In this document: positions 18,203 through 31,161 of the stretch, one piece after another
Position numbering within the stretch: the first letter of the stretch is position 1
Layout of the letters: every line of letters starts with the position of its first letter
Origin: the human T2T-CHM13v2.0 reference genome, Homo sapiens
Length of the DNA stretch: 64,000 nucleotides
Strand: one strand, 5' to 3'
Assembly (NCBI RefSeq): GCF_009914755.1
Contig: NC_060925.1
Made by a program: the position numbers and the translations under genes
The notes under the pieces: generated by a model
Seen by the model: only the letters and a program-made list of their open reading frames with translations
Databases searched by the model: none
Told to the model about the DNA's origin: nothing

Positions 18203-18913
18203 CTTTGTGGTTTTATCTACCTTTGGTCTTTGATGTTGGTGACCTATGGATGGGGTTTTGGTGTGGATGTCCTTTTTGCTGATGCTGATGCTTCTTCTGT
18301 TTGTTAGTTTTCCTTCTAACAGTCAGGCCCCTCAGCTGCAGGTCTGTTGGAGTTTGCTGGAGGTCCACTCCAGACCCTGTTTGCCTGGGTATCACCAGCG
18401 GAGGCTGCAGAACAGCAAATATTGCAGAATGGCAAATGTTTCTGCCTGATCCTTCCTCTGGAAGCTTCATCTCAGAGGGGCACCCACCAGATGCCAGCCA
18501 GAGCTCTATTGTATGAGGTGTCTGTCGGCCCCTACTGGGAGGTGTCTCCCAGTAAGGCTACCCGGGGGTCAGGGACCCACTTGAGGAGGCAGTCTGTCTG
18601 TTATCAGAGCTTGAACACCATGCTGGGAGAACCACTGCTGTCTTCAGCGCTGTCAGTCAGGGACGTTTAAGTCTGGAGAAGCTGTGCCCACCACTGCCCC
18701 TTCCCCCAGGTGCTCTGTCCCAGGGGGATGGGGGTTTTACGTATAAGTCCCTGAGTGGGGCAGCTGCCTTTTGTTCAGATATGCCCTGCCTACAGAGGTG
18801 GAACCTAAAGAGGCAGTCTGCCTTGCTGAACTGCGGTGGGCTCCACCCAGTTCGAGCTTCCTGGCAGCTCTGTTTACACTGTGAGCATAGAAGCTGCCTA
18901 CTCACACCTCACC

Positions 18914-19270
18914 ATGGCAGACGCCCCTCCGCCTGCCAAGCTCCAGCATCCCAGGTTGATCTCAGACTGCTGCACTAGCAGCGAGAATTTCAAGCCAATG
19001 AATCTTTGCTTGCTGGGCTCGGTGGGCATGGGGCCCACTGAGCCAGGCACTGGAGGGAATCTTCTGGTCTGCTGGTTGCGAAGACTGTGGGAAAAGTGCT
19101 GTATTTGGGCAGGAGTGTACTGTTCCTCCCACTACAGTGTCTCTCACGGCTTCCCTTGGCTAGGTAAGGGAAATCCCCTGACCCCTTGCGCTTCCTGGGT
19201 GAGGCGGCGCCCAGCCCTGCTTCGGCTTGCCTTCTGTGGGTTGCACCCACTGTCCAACCAGTCTCAATGA
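18914..19270 (+). CDS. L1 ORF0 homologue (antisense 5'UTR ORF), open for 118 codons; expression unproven
   Basis: ACCATGG Kozak; MADAPPPAKLQHPRLISDCCTS aligns by eye to L1 ORF0 (MAGAPPPASLPPCSLISDCCAS, from recall); lies within ORF 18836-19270. Confidence 0.6.
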   Translation: MADAPPPAKLQHPRLISDCCTSSENFKPMNLCLLGSVGMGPTEPGTGGNLLVCWLRRLWEKCCIWAGVYCSSHYSVSHGFPWLGKGNPLTPCASWVRRRPALLRLAFCGLHPLSNQSQ

Positions 19271-20860
19271 GATGAACCAGGTACCTCAGTTGGAAATGCA
19301 GAAATCACCCATCTTCTGTGTCAGTCTCACTGGGAGCTGCAGACCAGAGCTGTTCCTGTTCGGCTATCTTGGAAGAGTCCTCCTGCCACAGACTTTTAAA
19401 CCATCAGATATTGTGAGAAGTTACTATCATGAGAACGGCATGGGGGAAATCTGCCCCCGTGATCCAATTACCTTCCACCAGGTGCCTCCCCTGACACATG
19501 GGGATTACAATTCCACATGAGATTTGGGTGGGGACATAGAGCCAAACCATATCAGAAGAGTTCCTCCTCAAAGAGTTCATAGTCTACTTGCAGCCACTTC
19601 CACTCTCCACTTGAATTCAAAAAGTTTCAGTTGATTTTTCAGATGACATGTACAACCAGATGCCAAGCTGGAGTTTCTCCCTTCTTTTAAGATCTAGACA
19701 GAATTGGATAGAAACACAACCCTAGTTTGATAGCCTATAAAAATCCAGACTTTCCCACAGTTTATTGAAAGAACCCAGAGGTAAAACTTGGTCCTTCTCT
19801 AATTTTCACAGAAAACCACCTGCACAGAGATGCTGTCTATATCTATTTGTAGACTTACTGTTGTAAACGAAGATAAAGGAAGAGATGATGTAAACAGGGC
19901 AAACCCCTCTGAAAGGAACTGTGGGCTCTTGCTTCCACAGATTAGCTCAGTATCTTGATCTTCTCACTGTCTGCAGTGCTGTATCCATCCTGCAGTACAC
20001 ACTGTAATTGCCATCCATAAGCTCAGGCTTCCCAAATGTGTGCAAGAGAGCAGCACCTGAGCTACATCTAATCAGATCCCTATTTGAACTCTCTTTTAAA
20101 ACAAGTAAGGCAAAATCTTCCTTCTGTCTGGAGAAATCTCTTGTTTAGTGTAAATGTTTAATAGGTAATCATATAAGTAACATTAAAAAACATGCTGAAA
20201 TGATTAGACAGGATAATAGACAACATAAAGCAATGTTTAATTACTTGGTAAGTACTGGCTGTGTGCCAATGTAGAGATCAACTATCAGGTGTGTGTATGT
20301 GTGACTTCCTCCCATTCTTTACATTACTTAAAGTCACTGAATCACATAAGCAATAATATAAATGTGTTTAGTATTTTACTTATATATAAGACAAAAATTG
20401 CCAATGCTCTCTAGCCAAAGACCACCAGGAACACACTTGTTATTGAACAAGTTGGATCTATTACTCTGGCAGTAAGGAAGAAGGCATTCCATGGGGAACA
20501 TCCTCTTATGCTGGCTGCCACTCACCCTACATTTGCATAACTTAGAAGTTTATTCATATAACCCTTCTGAACAAGAAGCTCAAGTTCTATCACCTTTTAA
20601 AAGGCAAAAATAAAAAATGGTGAAAGGTGAGTATCTTGCTATATTAGTAAACGAGAAGGAGAGATAAAAGGAGAACCAAGGAGACTGTGGTAAGGAAACT
20701 GGAAGTTTTAAAGTAGTGAGTGATCAGTACTTTCAATCTTCCTCAGGTTAAGTAAGATGAAGACTGAGGAGAATCCACTGGATTTGGACTTTGAGTCACT
20801 GTTGGGTAGACACATGACTGCAGTGGTTTGAAGAGTGAGTGAGAGGTGAAGTAGAGGCTG

Positions 20861-21191
20861 CACTTGGCCCTCAGTATCCATACACTGTGCATCCATGTAT
20901 TCAACCAACCTCAGATTGAAAATATTTTAAAAAATGTGCCTATATTGAACATGTATAGCTTTTTTTTCTTTCATTATACCCTAACCAATGCAGTATAACA
21001 ACTATTTACAGAGCATTTACATTGTATTAGGCATTATAAGTAATCTAGAATGATTTAAAGTATATTGGAGGATGTGCATGGGTTATATGCAAATACTATG
21101 CCATTTTATATCAGGAATTTGAGCACCCTTGGAGTTTGGTATCACAGGAAGGTCTTGGAACCAGTCTTCCAGGGATAGGGAGGGACAGCTG
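20861..21191. mobile_element. Tigger3a-like (TcMar-Tigger) MITE
   Basis: CACTTGGCCCTCAGTATCC ... GGATAGGGAGGGACAGCTG inverted termini; internal CAGTATAACAACTATTTACAGAGCATTTACATTGTATTAGG. Confidence 0.8.
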
Positions 21192-21237
21192 TCCTTGTCT
21201 TGCAGGAACCTTGGCCATGAAAGGATACTGTGAGGGG

Positions 21238-21241
<4 letters not shown>

Positions 21242-21271
<30 letters not shown>
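21242..21271. repeat. (TG)n microsatellite
   Basis: ~15 TG units. Confidence 0.95.
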
Positions 21272-21273
<2 letters not shown>

Positions 21274-21469
21274 GGGGAGCTTTGGGGGAGGGTGGAGGGT
21301 GGGGAGTGACGATGTTGTAGGTAGGCTTCCTCAGAAGAAAGTGTGGCTTTGAGGATTTCCAGCCTCACTTTTATTATCTGTCTCTTTAGGAATTTTAAGT
21401 TAACCAAGGGACTGGTATATCATGATCAACCATTGAAATGCCAAAATGCTAAGTGAATTATTTTAAAAA

Positions 21470-22540
21470 TAAACCCTTCATATGTCAAAACAATTTTAGA
21501 TTTACAGAAAAGTTGCAGTCAGTACAGACAATTCTAATACAACTTGCACCCAACTTCTCCTCCTGTTAACATTAATATGATACATTTGTTATAATGAATC
21601 AATATTTATACATTATTATTAACTAAAATCTATACTGTATTCAGATTTTCTTAGTTTTTACCTAATATCCTTTCCTTATTACAGGATCCCATCCAGGATA
21701 CATAACATTTAGTTATGTTTAAAAAAAAAAAGTAACTGGGAAGCCATTAGGCTGAGAGGGCTCTGGGAAGCCATTAGGCTGAGAGGGATCTGTGTTCTGG
21801 GTTTCTACGTAAGCAAACCTTGCAACCCAACTCAAAGTAACTTTACTCATCAGAAACTGCCAACTAGAGACTTTAAGGATACTGTCTCACTTTAACCAGT
21901 CAAACATTTTCTTTGTGTTGCTTCTGTGAACACTTCATAAAAGCGTTCCCCTCATATCCCCTCTATGGAGCCCAAACCACACGTGGTTTGGTGCTGCCTG
22001 ATTCATGAATTGCTGACTGCTCAGATAAACTCTAAAAGTTTCATTTGCCAAAGTTTATCTTTTCATGGTCTCATCTTGACTGTGACAGTTTCTCTGATTT
22101 TTCCTGTTTTTGATGACCTTGATAGCTTGGAGTACTGGTCAGGTACTTTGTAGAATGTACCTCAACTGGAATTTGTCTGACGCTTTTCTCACTATGAAAC
22201 TGGGGTTGTGGGTTTGGGCGAGGAAGACCACAGAAGTAAAGTATCACTTTAATCCCCTCACATCAAGGGTACAGACTGCCGACATTACTTATTGCTGTTG
22301 ATGTTGACCTTGATCACATGGCCAACATAGTGTTTGTCAGGTTTCTCCACTGTGAAGTTACTCTCCCTTCCCCACTCTCCTTTTGTACCATCCTCACTGA
22401 TGGAAGTCACCATGTGAAGCCTGTACTCAAGGAGTGGGCATTTGTACTCCACCTCCTTGAGGGTGAGGTTCTACATAAATTATTTGGAATTTTTATGCAT
22501 CAGAGTTTTGTCTCATCTCCCCAGGATAAATGGATTTTAA
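21470..22540 (-). mobile_element. Old L1M fragment interrupted by an ERV1-type solo LTR (~21715-22066)
   Basis: L1M-like AATTTTAGATTTACAGAAAAGTTGCA; LTR-like segment GGGAAGCCATTAGGCTGAG...GATTCATGAATTGCTG...TTTTCA; family uncertain. Confidence 0.55.
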
Positions 22541-22561
22541 TCCTTAAAAAGACTGAATGAT

Positions 22562-22880
<319 letters not shown>

Positions 22881-23146
22881 TTACTAAGATTAAACTCACA
22901 GGATAAATTTTATCCAGGAAGCTAGCTATTTGGTTCATTTTTTTCAATACAGATTAACATGCTGATGGTAGCAGAAGTTGAGAGCAGTGAAGAAGAGCCT
23001 CACGAAAATAATATTCAGTGTGTCTTATTCACATATTTCTTTGCACAGTCATTAACATTTCCACAGGCCAAGTAAAAAGTCATATAGTGGAAACTACTTG
23101 TAACTGAGTGATTTGAATAACACAACGCTGAAGTACTGGATCAACA

Positions 23147-23487
<341 letters not shown>

Positions 23488-24791
23488 TAGGTAGCATAGC
23501 GTAAAAAATTAGAGTTTCTTGTCTGTATAATTAGCATTGGGAATGGAAGAGAAACCGCAGAAGAAAGCAAACTGGTTGTGCTGGTCAGCCATAGTTCACC
23601 TAAGTTCTACCACTTACTAGTTGTATGACCTAGGGAAAATTACTTGACCTCTGTAAGCCTCAATGTTCTCACCCATAAATTGAGAAAAGTAATAATACCT
23701 ACATAACATAATTTTGGGGGACTAAATGAGATAATATACTTTTAAGTGTATTTGTAAACTCTAAAGTTGCACTGGTTGCTCAAGCTGACACTCAATTGCT
23801 GGGGCTGACACTCAGCCAGGGTGCACTGCACCCGCCAGCAGAGATGTTTATACCTAGTGTTTGTTAGATTGGCCAGGCCTCAAGCTGCATTCGCTGTTAA
23901 ATATTGCGAATATCACCACTGCTAGCGACTGGGGAACCATACTGAGTCAGCTTCCTCCTGGCAGTCACAGCCATTTACGTACTGTTGGAACTAGCACCAT
24001 AGCTGGGCCTCACTACATGTGGATGATTAAGATTCCCTGATGTCTGGGGACACGAGTGTGGGCAGCCAAAGATTTACCTTGATGGATTTTGAAACACAAA
24101 CTTTCCTCTTGCAGAAGGCGTACTGGCTATCCTTGGGTCAGCATGTAATGTTGGTGTATTCCTTCACAGAGTATACACAGACAGGCAGACAGACATTCCT
24201 GTATTCATTCTGTGGACGCCCATCTGCTGGTGCAAACAATTAAAACAGTGGATATAGTTTTGTTCCTTTCCTTGCTTTCCCTTTCTTAAAATGTTACCCA
24301 AAGTAATGAACACATGACGGAAATCATACTCCTGAATAATTGCTTAAGTATAAGTAGGTTAGGCATCAATACAAAGCTATCGAAAATTCCAAGCCATATT
24401 TATTACTGACTTTGGAGATGGTTCTTTCAGTGAATCATATGACACCATTAAATATAAAAATATATTGAGTCGCATCCCCTCAAATACATTATAACTTTAA
24501 TGCTCTTTATTGAATCAATTCTACTTTTATTGGAAAAAAATGATTTGTGCTTTTGAGAGAAACAGTAATATAATAATTTCCAAGTTGCATCCTATGCTTT
24601 GTTTTTCCAAGTCAATATTTTGGCTAAGGAGTTTAGTTTTTGATTCGTAAAATTGTATCAGCTGGCTAAGATTGAGTACACAAACTTTTTTTGTAATTGC
24701 AAGTTACTTATTAAGGTGGGCTTTTAAAAGGTCATTATTTTGGTGACAAAAGCAATCACCCATTTGATTTTGGTAATAAAAGTTAAAATCA

Positions 24792-25097
24792 AGCTAGGTG
24801 CCGTGGCTCACACCTGTAATCCCAGCACTTTGGGAGGCCAAGGCAGGTGGATCACTTGAGGCCAGGAATACGAGGCCAGCCTGGCCAACATGGCGAAACC
24901 CTGTCTCTACAAAAAACACAAAAATTAGTTGGGCATGGTGGTGTACTCCTGTAATCCCAGCTACTCAGGTGGCTGAGAGATGAGACTCGCTTGAACCCGG
25001 AAGTCTAAGGTTGCAGTGAGCCTAGATTGTGCCACTGCACTCCAGCCTGGGCAACAGAACAAGACTCTGTCTCAAAAAAATAAATAAATAAATAAAA
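24792..25097 (+). mobile_element. Alu with (TAAA)n tail
   Basis: Alu body; TSD TAAAATCAA. Confidence 0.92.
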
Positions 25098-27147
25098 TCA
25101 ATAGTCCATAAGGAAAAACAAGAACATTTCCGTTTCCTTCTCATTGTCTAGCTTTGAAGACCTGACTTCAACTGCAGGGAGAATGGAACTCTCTGTACTG
25201 TTTCAGAACTTAGTGATTTTTCCTTTCCCCAGTCACAAGTCTTATAGTATAAAAACTACCATGAGGTAGTTCGTGGAGATAAGGTTTATAACATCAGTTT
25301 ATTCTTTTATTTCACCCATAGGTATTTCATAGTTCTTAGAAATTCTCACTACTGAGCAAAATGATATTGTCTTCACTTAACTTTGTTAAGCATATCACTT
25401 GATAATACTGAATTTGAATTCTATTAAGAAGAAAATACATATGATCAAAGAAGCTGGGAGTGAAATGGGCCATGAAATCCACTGGATATACTCACATGTA
25501 ACCCATGCAATGTCTGGATGACTTTAATCTGTGCAAGAGTAAATAATTCAAAAACCAGAAAGGTTCTCAGAAATCATGGTGTAATTTGCATCTTTTTACA
25601 GTGGAGGAAACTGAGTTCCATCAAAGTTAAGCAACTTGCACTAAAACAGAGCTGCTGAGGAAAACTGAGCTGACTCATGGTCTGAGTTCTTTGTGCTTAT
25701 TTTACTGCTTCTTACCCAGTGCTGATTAGGGCATAGTTTAATCCTACAGAGAATCAGTGCTTCCAGAGCCACAGACTTGTAACTGAAACAGCCAGCTTCA
25801 TTCATTGCACTTTTAAAGAAGTGAGACAGCAGGGCTCAAATCTGGCTGTTAGAGGTGTGTGAAAAGTAATACTTTATTATTACTAGTAAAATGTATAAAT
25901 GTATTAAAACTGTGAATGATTACAATGGTATGCTTTTGGTTGCAAGGAATAAAATCCCAAATAGAACTAGCTAAGGCAAAAAAAGAGGATGCTTTGATAT
26001 TAGGATTCTAATAAAAAGCATAATTGAAGAAAGAGCTGCACCACCAAATCAAGGATAAAGCTGGCTTTGAGAACAACCTGAACAGTGACTGAATGTTGCT
26101 GGGATTCTCATTCTCTCTATCTCTTTCTAGCTCTCAGCACCTTCTTTAAGCTTTTACTTTGAACTCCTAGGGATGTTGGGAGTGGGGTGAGGGTAGTTAC
26201 TGTACAGAAATTGAGAGCTTTTGGCGGGGGGGGGGGGGGTCACTCAAAACTAGGTTCAAATTCTGCTTTGCAATTTTACCTTGGACATGTTATTTAATGT
26301 CTCTGAAGGAATAAAAGTTCAATAATAACTGCCTTTCAGGGTTTTTGAGAAGAATAACATGCAATAATGTACATAATACAATTAGCATAACTGTTGGCCT
26401 ATAGTAGCTACTCAATAAATGGTAGTTATTGTTATACATTTAAGATATTATTTGATTATAGGTCTTTCGTCCCTACTCTTCCACCATAACCCTGGCTGAA
26501 AAACCAACAGACACAAAGCCAACTGACAAAGATCAGTTTTCATAGAACCTAAGATGCCATCAATTGTGAGATGGACCACTATTTTATGTAGCTCTGCAAA
26601 AGAAAATAGCTGCCAATTATACTCTGGGTTATTTACCATTTGAAATTTTTATTTTATACTTCTTAAAAAGCTCTTTTAGATTTAGTTAGATGTATATGAT
26701 CAAATATCACTATTATTCATACATAGAAAGGAACATATCAGTCAAAACTTGGCTAAAGTATTCCCAAAACTTGTTAACATTCTGTCTGTGAACCACATTT
26801 CAACTCAGAGGCATTGGTGTCTGTATTCTTCCATATGTATTATCCTTTGTTTCTTTGATAGCATTGGTGAAACTGCATTTCTTAAGAAACAAACAAACAA
26901 TCCCCCCCAAAACTCCACTAGTACCTCCAGGACTTCTTTCCAAGATGTTAATAGTCATTCTGCCATTCTATAAGATTTCATGATCTCAGAAATCAAGTCA
27001 TCAAGGAAATGACAAAATAATGCATGTACAAGCCATCTTGTCTGCTGCCTGGCTAATGCCAAGGCGAGATGCCATTGATGTTTTGGAGCTTCTTGATTTC
27101 AGAGATGTTAAAATATATATAAAAAATGCATCTAAAAAGTGATATAC

Positions 27148-27290
27148 AGTCTGGGCATGGTAGCTCACACCTGTAATCCCAGCACTTTGGGATGCTGAGG
27201 CAGAAGGATCATTTGAGGCCAGGAGTTTGAGAACAGCCTGGACAACACAGCAAGACCCTGTTTCTACAAATAATAATAATAAAATAAAAA
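27148..27290 (+). mobile_element. Alu left monomer (FLAM_C-like)
   Basis: Monomer with TSD AAAAAGTGATATACA. Confidence 0.85.
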
Positions 27291-27423
27291 GTGATATACA
27301 TAAAGAATACTAGACTGCCCATATCACTACAGGTACCTCACTTTGTCAAAAATAAATATAATTATAAAATTATTTGAAATAGCGAGTTTGTTTAATGCAT
27401 TAAAAATTATTTGAATAATTGCT

Positions 27424-27720
<297 letters not shown>

Positions 27721-29724
27721 TTTGAGTAACTACTCAGTCTGTGTAAAATGAGGTGTATTTGAATCAATCATTTTTTTTTCTTTTGGTTAATATTAACAGA
27801 CAATGGTAGGCTGAGCTTTTAGGCTAAAAACAATTTTCCCTAAGTGAAGATTTGGTTTTCTTCAGTTCTATTAGCATTTCATTCACAGAGACAGATTGGT
27901 GCCATTTGAAGACACTTGAAACCTGTATTTTTTCTTGCCAAGATTTGTTGTTATAACATAAAAATCAAGCAGTAGCAAAGCTTACATGTTTTTTAAAAGA
28001 ATAAATTCCCTTCAATTTTTAAGCTGAGAGCATATTCAGCTCAAATTCAGAAAAAAACAGGAATCTTATGAAAATATTATGAACTTGCTTACCTGTCTAT
28101 TTTCCAATACTTCTAAAAATTGAGATGTACATAAAATAAAATGCACAGCTCTTAAAGATACAGTTAAATGGCTTAAACTCATGTAACTACTACCCCAATT
28201 AAGAAACAGAACATTTTAATCAACAATAAAAAGTTCCCTTGGGTCCCTCTCCAGTGAATCCCCTGCCCCCTTCAACATAATCTGATCTGTTAATTTAAGC
28301 CATGGTCAACAACATATTGAAGTATCAGAAAAATAAAAGGAGAAGCATCAGAAAAATAAAAAAAGAATAGAAAAGAAAAAGAAGCTTCTTAAGAGATCAT
28401 GACTTACAGACTAAGATATCTAAGTGCCTCTTCTTAATTTTAATTACTGTGGTTATATTGTTATACATCACTTGCCTTGAGTGACTTATTTTAAAAATAA
28501 TTAGTAGTAACTTGTATAGTAACAGAACATTATACCCTACTCACTTATTCAGGTGGAAATAGGATAGATTTCTAGCTAGCCTGGATCAGGTACCATGGGG
28601 TATCTCATTACAGTTTGGGACATAAACACTATATAGATTTACCTACCACATGACTTCCAGACTCAACCCAGTAATGTCAAAACTTTATATTGCATAGTAG
28701 CTTTAAATTACTTTAAAAGCCATTTTTATTTGCGCATAATACAATCAAGTGAAGTGGTAACTGTGAGCAACTGTTAGTCAAATGTGAAAAGTTACTGTAA
28801 AGGTGACATGCACTCCTCTTTTCAGCTCCCCATATGAAGCTGTGGGGCTTCGTTAGGATTAATCCATTGTTGCATTTGCCCATTTGTATTTTCTTCACTA
28901 CTCTCAATGTGAATCAAGTAAAGACATCAGTATTAATCTGCCTGCTTAACACTGATGTGTGTCAACATGTTCAAGGTATGATAAAATCTGGTAGAAATCA
29001 GAGTGGAGGTAATAAGAAAAGTGAACCATAACCTATTTACTTATACACTATAACCATGCATTAATTCATTCTTGACTCATTCCACAAATATTGAATGCCT
29101 TTTATATGCCAGGCCCTGTGCTAAAAGTTGGAGATACAACCAAAGATGACATAGAAATGTACCCTCATCTCATGAAAATCATAATCTACTGGGATTATAG
29201 ACATATAAGCAAATACAGTTCCCTACGATAAGTGATGGGGAAGTATAGGATGAGTGGAATTCAGACCTGAAGAATGAATAAGAGTTCACCAGAGGGAGAA
29301 GTAAGGAATTATCTTAGGAAAAAGGGGAAAGAGGTAATGACAAAGTATGTGGTAATATGATCCCAAGAGTAGAAGCTCTGGCTGTGTTTCATCTGGAAGT
29401 ATAATGTTCATTTTGAAACTAATGAAGCTATCAGTGAAAAAATGTCTGGCTAATTAATGTTTTGAACAGCAATGAGAATCACGTAAATAGACAAGGATTT
29501 TACCTAAAACAACAAATGACAAAGTATTATAGCCTAGCCTTTTATTCTTAGATAGCTTTTATATCACTAAGGCAGAGAGATAGAAACACACACAGAGAGA
29601 CGTAGAGAGAGAGAGAGAGAGAGAGGGGCAGTCAGACAGACAGAAACAAAAGCCAATGTGGTATTAGCAGGTGGCAATTGTGCTACAAGGGAGATTTTTT
29701 CTATTGACTTTTTTTCCCCACTAA

Positions 29725-30271
<547 letters not shown>

Positions 30272-30865
30272 ATGTATGATCTTTTAAGACCTGTCTCTCC
30301 CACTATACTACAACTTCTAAGAGATCCTGTTGCAAACCAGTTTCCCTGGGACCTGGTGCAATACTTGGCACATAGTAAGGTGCTCAATAAGTGCTTGTTG
30401 AAGAATAAAGGCAGAGATCTATCTTTCCAGCCACATTTCCTTAAGCTTTCTTCTTCCCCCGCTTACCCTATGATGGGGAACCTCTATCACAATGGCCAAA
30501 CCAGGCATCCTAGGCCTTCTCCAATGGTTTTTTACTTCTTTGGCAGGACCTTCATCACTTTATCCCAGGAAATGCTGGTGCCCCTCTGGGATTAGATTCC
30601 AAGTGCCTGGAGGGCAGTGACTATGTCTCATTCACTCACAAAAACACCTGAAATTTTACAAAATGACTAGCATATAGTAGGTGCTTGTTAAGTCTAAGTT
30701 ATTTTATCAAGAATTTATGAACTTTATGATGAGTTTATTTGTATCAATAAATATGTATCGAATTCCTAATCTGCCAGGCACTGTTTAAGGTGTGGAAGAT
30801 ACAGAGGTGAACAAGCATGATAAGGCCCCTGGAAGCTTACTGGAACTTTAAATTCTAGTAGAGAC

Positions 30866-31161
30866 AAACTAGATCCCTATCTGTCACCATATACAAAAAT
30901 CAATTCAAAATAGATTAAAGACTTAAATTTAAGACCAGAAACTATGAAACTACTAGAAGCAAACATAGGGGAAATGGATCAGGACATTGGTCTAGGCAAA
31001 GATTTTTTGGGTAAGACCTCAAAAGCAGAGGCAACATAAACAATAGACAAATGGGATTACATCAAACTAAAAAGCCTCTGCACAGCAAAGGAAGCAATCA
31101 GCAGAGTGAAGAGGCAACCTACAGAATGGGAAAAAAAATATTTGCAAGCTATCCATCTGAC
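30866..31161 (+). mobile_element. L1 ORF2 internal fragment (L1MA/L1PB-like)
   Basis: CCATATACAAAAATCAATTCAAAATAGATTAAAGACTTAAA...ACCTACAGAATGGG. Confidence 0.8.

Noticed and set aside
23804-23818. Palindrome GGCTGACACTCAGCC as a Maf recognition element
   Set aside because: A 3-nt centre does not fit T-MARE or C-MARE spacing; the region looks like a hAT-transposon remnant
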